A stretch of DNA of 64,000 bases from Lepidodermella squamata (taxonomy: Eukaryota > Animalia > Gastrotricha): contig JBLDXI010000024.1 of assembly GCA_047495785.1 (NCBI GenBank), positions 2,604,001 through 2,668,000 on the forward strand, given 5' to 3'. The translations under genes and the position numbers were made by a program. Under the pieces are notes generated by a model, which was not told where the DNA came from, searched no databases, and saw only the letters and a program-made list of their open reading frames with translations. The stretch's first letter is position 1; each line of letters begins with the position of its first letter. This document shows positions 11,720 to 22,255 of this stretch, piece after piece.

Positions 11720-13695
11720 CTAGAAACCATCGGCATAGGCTATGTCCTTTCGCCAATCTGAGCAAGCCATGATTTTTCCATCTCTTCTTTGAATAGCTTG
11801 TGATATCGCAATTTCAGCCATCAATGTTCTGTTAACGTGGCCTCTATCTTCCAGTGATTTGATTAGAACCCAAGGAATGTTCTTCTCGTAGTAAAATGTC
11901 TCCGGTATCAATTGATGGTGGAGTCTTAACGCATCTAATGCCTCTTTCACAGTTTCATTGAACCAAAGAACTCGCATACTGACGTAGGCTGTAGTCGAGG
12001 TGATTCGGCTACCCCCAGCAGCGCCTACGACCAACACTGCATGGCTCGTATTACCACTTGGGTCAAGCTCAAGATCTGGCGTAACGATCACAGATGGTGC
12101 TGTAGAAGACTGAGGCCGTTTACCAGGTGCGATGAAGTTGTGAACGGCTGGAGGGAGATTGAATGAATTAGTCTCATTCGGGCTTGAAAAGTCATCCATT
12201 TCATCGTTGAAAATGATCCCTGTTCTATTGCCCATAATGCCACTTCCGAAGCTGAAAGATAAATGATTAAAATAGTATATATTCCTTTTGAAGTATCCTT
12301 ACTAAGTGTTGATCGTAGAAGTGATTCCAACGGCATTGCCAAACGCATCTAACGCCGAAATATGGGATGTTCCGTGGATTCTAGGCGGCATCTCGAGATC
12401 CGGCGAATAATAAGCCGTAGGGTGAGTGTAAGAGTCGTTGATCATCATCCTAATTTGCTCACCATATGCTGGGTTTGTCATATTCTTGATCAAAGCCTCG
12501 ATTTCAGGCGCGTAGCTTTCACCCTCAGTATCGTCACCGAGATAGGTGCGTTTTGCATAGGCAAATTTCAACGCTTCAATGAATCGGTGGTAGGTCAGTG
12601 GGTCATGCTTCGAGGTCTCGTTGAAATTGTAACCGGAGAGAATATTCAAAATGAATCCCATGATGGACCCACTGCTTGGCGGGGGCGTGCTGATCACTCG
12701 GTACTTGTTCTGAAGAACGACCTGAATAGGGGTCCGCCATTTTGCCTCGTAAAGCTCCAGATCCGTCTCGTTGATCGGAGAGCCAGCATCTTTCAGATCG
12801 GCCAAAATGTCTTTAGATAGAGCTCCAGTGTAATAATCTGGACCACCGAAAGTCGCGATTCTCTCCAGAGTATCAGCCAACTGAAGGCAGTGTAGAGTGT
12901 CTCCTTTAACATATGTCGTATTAGTACCGTTAATGTATAGAAACTCCTTGAGCTTTTCAAACGGCTGTTGGTCTTCTTTCGCAGCGATGTCTTGCAACGT
13001 TTCATTGATAGCTGAAGCGAGCGCTCCAGATACTTTGAAGCCCTTTCGGCAAATTTCGATTGTTGGCTCGAAAAGAGCACTCCATGGCACCCTACCGAAT
13101 TTCTGATGAGCCGCCCAGTACCCAGCGATTTCACCAGGCACAGCAATGGCATACGGGCCTAAGACGGATGATACGTTGTTGTGTTCAAACATGTCCTCAG
13201 TCGAGTTCAACGGCGCCATTTCCCTAGCATCGACAACGTAGCCAGTCTGAGAATCTTGATGCCAGATTGTCATGAAAAACCCGCCTCCAATGCCGGCGTT
13301 GTGCATGTTGTAAACGCCGGTACAGATTGTGGCGGCTATAGCAGCATCCACAGCAGAACCGTCCCTTGCCAGAATTGAAACGCCTACCTCAGAGCATGGA
13401 CCAGCATCGGCAGCGACCGCAGCGTAGCGATAAACGCCTAATTTACTCTTTTGGACTGGGAAATCGATGCTAACAGTGGGCAAGGGAACTGTTGAAATTG
13501 TGTAGATACTGCCCGCAACAACAGCTGCTGCCACAACAATAACTGTCCCGATCATGAAAACTGATTTGAAATTCCATTTGCTCGGCTCCTCCTTCTCGCC
13601 GCCTGGTTTCAGTGCTTCAGTGTCTGCGAAAACATTAAATTCGAAAATAGGATCAATATTAAGCTGGATTGATTAATTATACCTGAGTGGTGCAT
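11720..13695 (-). CDS. GGT: Gamma-glutamyltranspeptidase / glutathione hydrolase proenzyme, 3 exons
   Basis: N-terminal signal anchor, GSAVDAAIA, GIGGGFF, catalytic HGTSHIS, TSTINTYFGS (across an intron), NDEMDDFS, PGKRPQSS, GAAGGSRI, RLHHQLIP. Confidence 0.95.
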
Positions 13696-14327
13696 TTTCT
13701 GTGAAAAATGCTGTTATTTTTTTGCTAACAGACCAAGGTCTTCTTACTAACACATCCTTTCAAAGCATGTCACGATTTTGTTTACTTAGTATTATCTCCT
13801 TCCCGTTCCCTACTACGAACGAATGCAAATGGTCACTTTTTTAAGCGATAAGATACTGAAAATTACGGCGGCGCTTGCGTATATAGGGTAGAAACGATCG
13901 ATAAAACGCAGAGTAAAATTCAGTCAATGCTCTATAGGTATTGATCGGCAGGAAAAATTGAATGTACCTGTAGAATGAGCAGATATTAGTGCGATATACT
14001 CTTCTCCTTGCTCCATGAAATAATAAAGGCAGTAAAACTTATAATATATACACAAGCTGTAGACGCATAGCTCAATGAATGAACGTGCAGTGGGTAAAAA
14101 ATGTGTTTTTTATTCACATGCCTATTCTGAACGATGTGTTGTGTGTCAAGTATATACAGAAAAACTGCTGCCAATCCTGGTCGCTTTTCAAGGGGAACAT
14201 CTCTATAACCATGGGAGTCAGATCTCAAATTCGAATAACTTTAAAAACAGCGAGTTCTTTCGCTAAAACTGTCATCGAAATTACCCAGATCTAGTTCCTT
14301 TATTACTTTTGAGGATATTAACCACAA

Positions 14328-14819
14328 TCATCCTTCGTTCGTGGTATGCTTTATGTTATCATGAGAAGGTAAAACGACTAGAAAAACTATCAATAAAATG
14401 ATTGCAAGAACTCCAAGAGAAATGGCGACAACGCTCATAATCATAGCTGTCCGGTATCTCCGTTTCGCGTCTTCGAAGTGAATCGGCCTCATCGCAAGTA
14501 GTAAAGCAGGTATTGACAGGAACAAGACGCCGAAGAAGCAAGAAACCACTGCTAGGGAAATCGCCTGTAAACGGAGTCGTTTCAGTAGGAACAGACTGAA
14601 CTCTTCCGGGTTCATCTGTACCACGAAAACTCGTGCCATATCATTGCCGCTGGAATATGTCCCAACAGGCACGCCGATAACAGCAGCGGACTGGTCGCCA
14701 TTGAATTGTGTCAAGTCGGTGAATTGCTGGCGGTTAGCTGAATGAAGATGGCCATTAGCAGGCAGGGAGTGGAACTCCATGCCGTTGGATTGCTTATCAT
14801 ACGAAAAAAATGCAGACAA
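14328..14819 (-). CDS. CD225/dispanin-like two-hydrophobic-segment membrane protein; 5' end uncertain (upstream exons likely)
   Basis: Low-complexity N-terminus, then LAVVSCFFGVLFLSIPALLLA..EDAKRRYRTAMIMSVVAISLG, matching dispanin topology. Confidence 0.55.
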   Translation of the reverse strand: MSAFFSYDKQSNGMEFHSLPANGHLHSANRQQFTDLTQFNGDQSAAVIGVPVGTYSSGNDMARVFVVQMNPEEFSLFLLKRLRLQAISLAVVSCFFGVLFLSIPALLLAMRPIHFEDAKRRYRTAMIMSVVAISLGVLAIILLIVFLVVLPSHDNIKHTTNEG

Positions 14820-15263
14820 GTAAGCTCTTACGGCAGTGCTGATGCCTTCCGCTACCTGGCCATCGATCGGGTAAACAATTTCCGCTCTTGTAAGAGTATT
14901 TGGGCAGTTTACCGATGCTTCTACGTAGAGATAATTATAATTTCTCCCGTATAAAAACCATTAACCAAAACGTGACGCAAGCAGCCCAGTCACCACAGAC
15001 TGGAACAAATGCTGTGTTTCAACTTCATTCGCACTGATTCGATGATTTAGATCTGACAATCCTTTGGGAATGATTGGCAAAATAACAAACCATATTGCGT
15101 CATATCACTAATTCATGAAAATACCTAGATACAATTAATTGAAAATTCATGATTCCAGTGAACACTATTCAACGACATAGAGCTATGTCTGTTGGTGCAA
15201 TGATTTTGCTTGCACCTGCAAACAAAAAACCGGAAAACCCTATTAAATTGAATTTCTCTTGTA

Positions 15264-15948
15264 ATGGCCGAGTCAGGTTTGACGTCGAACGAATCTGTTA
15301 CCCAAGCCAGCCTGTCTAGCGGATTATTAAGAGGTCATCGGTTTATCAGTGCCCCTGATCACTCGGGTCATGTTCACTACAACTCTGAGAACCAATTGAT
15401 AGGCGCCATGAGCTTACTCATCTTTATTATTGCAATCGGAATGATGGCCCCCGTAAGCTGCCTTAAATTTCTGAAATTTCTCCTAAATTTTCCTACAGGC
15501 CATTCGAATCATCTTCCAGGCAATGGATAAGCTGATTTTCCGAGGGAAAAATCTTGTAACAAAACACGCGAGCTGTGACTATGGAGTTTGCTTTGAAGAA
15601 GTTCTAGACGATGGTAATGTCATCATACACGAATGTCCCGGCCTTCTGGAGTTGGAAACGGACCTTGGGCTGAATTTCGATTTCAACGATGATTCATCTC
15701 TCAAGAAACCATTCCTACCTCCGAGGCGGAATTCAAAGAGCGTGCGGTTCGATTTTGATAAGACCTCAGTCAGTGAGATGGCTGATACTAAGGATAACTC
15801 AAGCCATACCAGTTTCACAAGTGTTCAAGAATCAGCTAACAACTGCATCTCAAGGGACAACTCAATATTTTCTGTTGAAATTATGTCCGACGCGAATGAT
15901 ATGACTAATTCTGTTTCTTTTGATAACGCTAATGCTTTAAACGTGTGA
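15264..15948 (+). CDS. His-rich single-pass membrane protein, array copy 1 (212 aa; exons 15264-15452, 15499-15948)
   Basis: Shared motif QLIGAMSLLIFIIAIGMMAP|AIR with a phase-0 GT-AG intron at the same position as in the four paralogs. Confidence 0.8.
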
Positions 15949-16155
15949 TCTGGGTCCGGTATTATCCACCACGGCATGATTATCGATTTTTTCCTGAGAT
16001 TAGTAGGCTATTGTTTTCAGCGATTTGTGAGGTCATTTTTGCGTCTCAGCTGAACCATATGACTTTATACCCCTATATGATCAATAAAACAATCACTTGA
16101 TTGCATGCTTTTTCATCCAAAAATTGCGTTGGCCACCCCACCCTTGTGATCAGCC

Positions 16156-16556
16156 ATGTCACCGTACATTTCTCAGACGCAGCTCGCGATAAAAAAGATG
16201 AATCGGTCATTGCTGCTGGCGGGCAATGGAAGTGCCATTCACGTTCATCTCATGCATAGCCACATAAAGGTTGCTGAACGCGACGAAGATCACTCTCATG
16301 ATGCGCATTATCCACTTGTTGGCGCTATGTCATTTCTTCTGCTCATCATAGTCGTCGGCATGATGAGTCAGGTCAGTTATATCTTGATAATAATTACTTG
16401 TTTTTATTGAGTTGTTTACGATTAATTCAGGCAATTAGATTCATTTCTCGAGCTATTGAGCAGCTGGTACGGGGAGCTGGGATCAGGAGGCCTGTTCTCG
16501 ACAAATCTCAGCCTGTGATGTCACAATTTCATGGATCTGACGAGGGAATCTTTTAA
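16156..16556 (+). CDS. His-rich single-pass membrane microprotein, copy 2 (113 aa; exons 16156-16371, 16431-16556)
   Basis: YPLVGAMSFLLLIIVVGMMSQ|AIR; conserved intron position. Confidence 0.8.
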
Positions 16557-16761
16557 TGAAAATGAAGAGTTATCATTGCATTATTTGCTCATTCGAAGGG
16601 TTGATGTCGAAAATTGTAAAAATTCGAAATTAAATCAATAAAAACGCGTCAACGGATAATGCATGTTACTACCATACAACGAGAGCTGATCAATCAGTTT
16701 CATCTATTAAAGCCGGTTTTGGCGAATTTCAACAAATTTCTTCATTCTTCGGCGACCTTAA

Positions 16762-17067
16762 ATGAATAGGAACGAAACATTAGATCACCACCACATCATT
16801 GCATCTCATAGCCACGGACACGGTCAAGATACAATTGAATATTCGCTGGTCGGTGCGATGTATCTCCTCATCTTTATCATAGCATTCTGGACGATAGGAC
16901 AAGTAAGTTTGAATCTAGCTTAATAATTTCAATTTCGATGAGTTTTTTACGTTCATAAGGCAATTCGATACGTATTAGAGGTCGCTGAGAAACTGATGTT
17001 CCGGGGCGAAGTTCCTGAGGTCGATGAAGATATTCTGTTCCAGAACTTTGCTATCGATAACGACTAA
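16762..17067 (+). CDS. His-rich single-pass membrane microprotein, copy 3 (82 aa; exons 16762-16902, 16960-17067), absent from the ORF track
   Basis: MNRNETLDHHHIIASHSHGHGQDTIEYSLVGAMYLLIFIIAFWTIGQ|AIRYVLEVAEKLMFRG... Confidence 0.8.
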
Positions 17068-17313
17068 CACATCCTATACATAGGTGTTATGTATCAAAAT
17101 CTGATCAAGAATAAGAGCATACTCATCAGCAATAACAGTAAATGAACGCAAATGCGAGAAACACAACTGCGGCAATTACGCGATAAAACCATGGCCATAA
17201 AGCACCGCACGCCGAAATTTATTGCTCTGGAATCAACGGCGAGTGCGCAGACGTTACCACTATGATATCGAAAGCTGTGTGGTCCATATTTCGATTCTTA
17301 TGCCTAGTAAATT

Positions 17314-17693
17314 ATGGACAATTCGAGCAAGATTGATAGCGAACCTGCTGTTGGCGGTCACGAAGTTTTGCATCGCTTCACTGGAGCACCCGAGCATGCA
17401 GGCCATGGTGAAGAAAAGCCGGAATACCAGCTGATGGGGGCGATGTTCCTACTGGTCTTCATTATTTCAGTCGGCATAATGGGACAGGCATGTGAAGAGA
17501 TTTTGTGACATTATTACTCATTTTATTGGGGTAAATTTAGCTATTTCGGGTATTACTACATGCCGTGGAAAATCCTTCGCCAGTCGAATCCGACCACCCT
17601 CCGGAAGATGGATTTGATGAAATCGATAGTTTCGAAAAAGATACCTCTAACAATGACGGCAACATGATGCGTGAAACCGTGAATGCGGTGTAA
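17314..17693 (+). CDS. His-rich single-pass membrane microprotein, copy 4 (108 aa; exons 17314-17487, 17541-17693; GC-AG intron)
   Basis: YQLMGAMFLLVFIISVGIMGQ|LFRVLLHAVE; the donor at the homologous position reads CAG|GCATGT. Confidence 0.7.
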
Positions 17694-18050
17694 AAATCTG
17701 TTTTGTGAATTCTTGAGACCAGATTAGTAAATTGAATAATTTCGTTATTTTTAGCTCTTTAAAAGTGAAATGTGTCTATGATTTGGCCGCAGTAATAATC
17801 TCATGTCGAGGCTCCTTTAATTAAGCTAAGTGTAATTTAGGGGTGAAAAATGTATGATTCAGCAGTATCACCTATACAATAGAAGAGGAAGTTTCTAGCT
17901 ATTCAATTTGAGATGATGAAATCGACGAGTCTGGTTCGTAAACACATCAGCATGAGTGATTCAGCAGAAGTCTACTTCCCCCTCGGATTCTCAATGCTTT
18001 CATATAAAAATAAGTTTTGCCTTGTCGGTGGTTAAGAATATTTCTTTTCA

Positions 18051-18412
18051 ATGGGGAAAAATCTAGTAATCAATGCAACTTTGCTATCCGTCAACCCGGC
18101 CGGGAATAGCAATAATGGTGGAGACAAGCAGCATCCACAAGATTCCCACGACCATTCTCACGATACCCAATATCAGCTATTAGGCGCAATGTCCCTTCTG
18201 ATAGTCATCATAGCTGCGGGAATGATTGGGCAGGTGAGCAATTTTTCAAACACTTCTTCATTCTCTATCTTTTGTTTATTTGAATATAGGCAATCAGGGT
18301 CGCTTTTCACACGTTCTCGCGAGTGCTTTATCGGTCAGACTCTCCATCGAACATAGACGCGGAAAGTGTTCAGGCTATGATAGACAGTAACTACGACATC
18401 CTTTCCGAATGA
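18051..18412 (+). CDS. His-rich single-pass membrane microprotein, copy 5 (101 aa; exons 18051-18233, 18290-18412)
   Basis: HDHSHDTQYQLLGAMSLLIVIIAAGMIGQ|AIRVAF; conserved intron. Confidence 0.8.
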
Positions 18413-18607
18413 CAATTGATCGGAACCAATCGATTGTTGGATCATCTGCTATGTTCGATTGCAATGAAGTTCCTAATTCAGCATTCAGCCGTGTTGTGAA
18501 TCCCGCATGCAAGACAGGAACTTGATTGCGTTGTTAGTAAAGTGCGGCCACATATAATGCTCGAATATTTTATTCACTTTTAAAATCAATTTCTGAGGGT
18601 AATCAGT

Positions 18608-20502
18608 TCAGGTATCAACATCAGGCTGCTGGCTGACTACTGCCAAAAATATTACACAAGGTGCGATTAAGGTCATAGCAATGTAAAGAATGGAGATTAT
18701 TCTCGAAAAGCTTAGGGCCAACAAGTACCAAGCCCTGTTCGAAGAGATGTCATATTTAGGGTCAGATTTAGCTGCCAGAATAGCATTGAAGTAAGGCTCA
18801 GCTTCCGCCGTGTCAAAGAAGGATGATATACTGATAGCATCCACCACGTCATTGGCAAGAAAAGGGTTAACCCGTGTTGGCAAAAGGCCAAAAACCTGTT
18901 CGAACGGCGACAGGTAGCGTAAGGCGCGTAAATCTTTCGATTTTACACGCTTATCACCGGCTTCAAGCTCGTAAGCTTCTTCGAAACTGACCCGTAGAAA
19001 AATTGCGAAATCTACCACGAAATGGCGGAAATTTTCCGACATTTTAGTCCGCTGTAATGCGCAGATTTTCCCGCATTCAACGATAAGCATTGTGAAGCCT
19101 TGGCCGAGAATAGCTATCATGACGAATACCATTTGCATCAACAGGAATTGGGCGATAATCGCTGAAACAGATTTCAAAATCATCATACAAATATTACAAA
19201 ATTATTTGTTTGAACTTACGCGGATGATCGGATGTTCGAGGTAGGTTTTTATTCATTTCGGCCTGAAAATGGCATGATTGAGGTACAACATCTCAAAATG
19301 AAGAAATCGACTCACGTGAACAAAAGTGTAAGACAAGAGGCATACGAATGAGACTTGAATGTTGGTAGCGTCAAGAATCTGTAATCCGCAATTTCAATAA
19401 GCTCCTAACTTTAAAAAGCATGAAATCGAACCGGAAGTTGGAAAGTTGAGAATTCCGTGATGCTGATGATGATGACAGGAAATATGACGAAGACTAAAAC
19501 CAAAAAACATAAGAGACACTTCTCGAGAGATGCTCTAATCTTACGTTTGTAAAAATCACTTCTCCGCTGTACTGCAATCTCAAAATACACCTTAATATTG
19601 GAAAAATGCTGTAAAAAATTCTCGAAAAAAACTTGTGTACCAACCCCAGCGTTACAGTCAGCCCCAGTAGCGTTTGGCGCGCAGTTGATGTATTGACCGT
19701 GGTCAACACTGAGTAGTTGCCACTGTTCGCTTTCAACGTACTGCGTCAAATCAAGTGGAGCGTCGCTTAGCCTAAAATGCTGCTGATCGGGCGTGTAAGT
19801 CCAACTTTCGAATGAAATGCGACACTGCTGTTGATCGTATGGGAAATACGTTAGGTCAAAGTCGCATGACGAGCCAAAGCTAGCTGTCGGGTAGTAAGTT
19901 ACCCTGCCATCGGATTCAATGTTCACCATTACACCGTTTGCCAGACTCAGCGTATACATATCCTTACTGTGAACAAATAAGACAGACCAATGACGATTTC
20001 GAAGGCAAATCTGAAGTGACTTATCGAAATTGCGGCAATGTCTGGGGTCCAAACCTTTTCAGGGTCAAGAACGATATTTGGAATAGCACCGAACTCAGTC
20101 TCGTTCCACACCAGGTATTCATCCATCCATGACGCTGTTAAGGTAGCTGATGTTATGATCAAATTATCCACCTCAAGCTATTGCGATAGAATAATCATAG
20201 AAGAAAGATAGCTGTCATAGTTATCTTACAATTTCTTCGATTTCAAATAGACGCAGACTCAGGGTGACTTCGATAGGATCCAGTGAGTTCTTTCTAGGCC
20301 GAAACCATGGATTGTATCCGCGCTGCAAGTGGCGTAGAAGTTGTAACTCGGATGGGGCTACAAATTGTCGATATAAGCAACGGCTTCTTTCTATACTCTA
20401 AGAAGACCTACCCTCCCTGTGTTTATCAAAGCGGAAGTTATTGCCATGGATCTCGAACAGGTGAAGGCTCAATACAAGCATCACAATTTGAACTTTTCCC
20501 AT
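18608..20502 (-). CDS. Divergent Cys-loop (nAChR-like) ligand-gated ion channel subunit, multi-exon
   Basis: YNPWFRP, WMDEYLVW, VWTPDI, Cys-loop CDFDLTYFPYDQQQC, ESWTY, M1-M4 and LPRTSD, joined through short GT-AG introns. Confidence 0.9.
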
Positions 20503-20931
20503 GATGTTGTCGCTGCGACAGAAAATGTAAAGACACCGCGGGGTTCTGTAATGGAAATCTACAAACTCGCTTACTTCATCGAATCGATGAGCGGTACCAG
20601 CTGCGTCGATTCTTTCGATCACACCCTGGTCGTCATTCAATTATTAACGACATGGTCGATTATTAATTAATCATTTATTTTTCTCTCTTCGTCGCGATGG
20701 TCATTAGCAAGTGACGATATTTTGAGGAAAAGGAATTCTAATGCAGACTTCGCCAACGAAATCACCTGCCGTTTGCCACGCCCACGATGTCTGAGCCCGT
20801 TATGGTTGTTCGAATAATTTGGGATAAAAGCTTTTCTCGGGTGCTATAGGCGTGATTATCCAAAATACCTAATGCATTTAAGGTTATCAGGACACACGAC
20901 CCTGAAGAGCAAAGTACAGAAAACAGAACAC

Positions 20932-20938
20932 TATAAAA
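20932..20938 (+). promoter_or_regulatory. Candidate TATA box (TATAAAA) upstream of the secreted Cys-rich gene
   Basis: Consensus sequence about 45 nt upstream of ATG 20981; position only. Confidence 0.4.
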
Positions 20939-20980
20939 GACCGTGGAATAAGCCTTAAATATAATAACGCCTCAAAAGAA

Positions 20981-21636
20981 ATGTTCGCCACTCTCGTTTT
21001 GATTGCTCTGGTCTCGGTGGTCGCAGCAAATGAGCTGCCTAACGATATGAGGTGAGATTTCTCGTAAATCGATGATTTAGCAGTAAAAGGATGTGAAATT
21101 ACTAGCTGTGACTACTACGGCAACCCTAATAACCAAAATCCGTGGTTGATGATGTCGTCCGCAGACTGCTTTGTTCCGCCTTTCAATAACGGCCGTTGCT
21201 GCAAGGATAACATCTGCCGGTTTGGCTATGGCGAAGGAGATCGCCGATGCCCTGAGGACATCCAGTGCGGCCGTGATGGCGACTGTTTGGCTACCCAATG
21301 CTGCTCGAGGCAGCACACAGAGGCCGGTCAGATTTGCATCCCTGTTGATAAGGATCAAGACTATGGCATTTGCAAGTAATTTTTCAAAGAAAAAGATGAA
21401 AGATGATTTCATTATTTATTTCTTTCAATTTTAACAGAAGCGCCTGTCTGACGAAAGCTGACTGCAACCCTGGGTCTTGTTGCTTCAATGGTATGTGCGG
21501 AATCCTTCGTGCTCAAAACTGCGAATGCCAGTCCGACAGTGATTGCTTTGAGGATTTGACCTGTCTCCAAGGCCGCAATGGTGACCCTACCAAGTACTGT
21601 ATCTTCCCTGCCCAACAAGCCGGATTCGACTTTTAA
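20981..21636 (+). CDS. Small secreted cysteine-rich protein with repeated C-x5-C-x4-CC modules, 3 exons
   Basis: Signal peptide MFATLVLIALVSVVAA; two short GT-AG introns keep frame; modules CGRDGDCLATQCC, CLTKADCNPGSCC, CQSDSDC. Confidence 0.8.
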
Positions 21637-22255
21637 ACAACACTTGATCGAGACATTTTTTGAATTTATGAAATGCAGTGCTTATGAATTTTTTAATTAA
21701 TTTTTTTAAAATATCAAAGGATTGGGTATTACCGTGTCAAATAGCCCCTAGTAGCGCCATCCGCACTTTTTTATTAGCAGGCATTGAAAAAATTCGAAAA
21801 ACAAATAAAGCTGCGCAGAATCATGAATAAGAAATCGCTTGTTATTTACCTTTATTGCCTCGTGCGGGTGATGACGAAGCAAGCGGCGGCGGATCTCGCG
21901 CAAACAAAGCGGAAATTGACACGCTGATGGCGCCTAGGCGACCACGTTCACGCGCCATCGGCCTTGCAAAATAATAGCATATTGAGTATACGAGACGCAA
22001 ACAAATTTGTTTTGGTCAATTCCAGAAAAGCACTTTTGATTTTCTTCCGAAATTCGGTTAAAATTTTGTTTCAAAATGTAGGGAAACGTCATTTCTGTTC
22101 AGGCTAGCCTCTCTCAATTGACTATGGAAGTTTCGGATTTTCTTGAGAATTAGACTTGGTCATTCGCAGAAGCGGACTCCATTGGCCTGCAAAGGAGCCA
22201 TTTTTCTTAATTTTGACTCTCATTTTTTTTAGAATGAGCGTTGGTTAAATTTATC

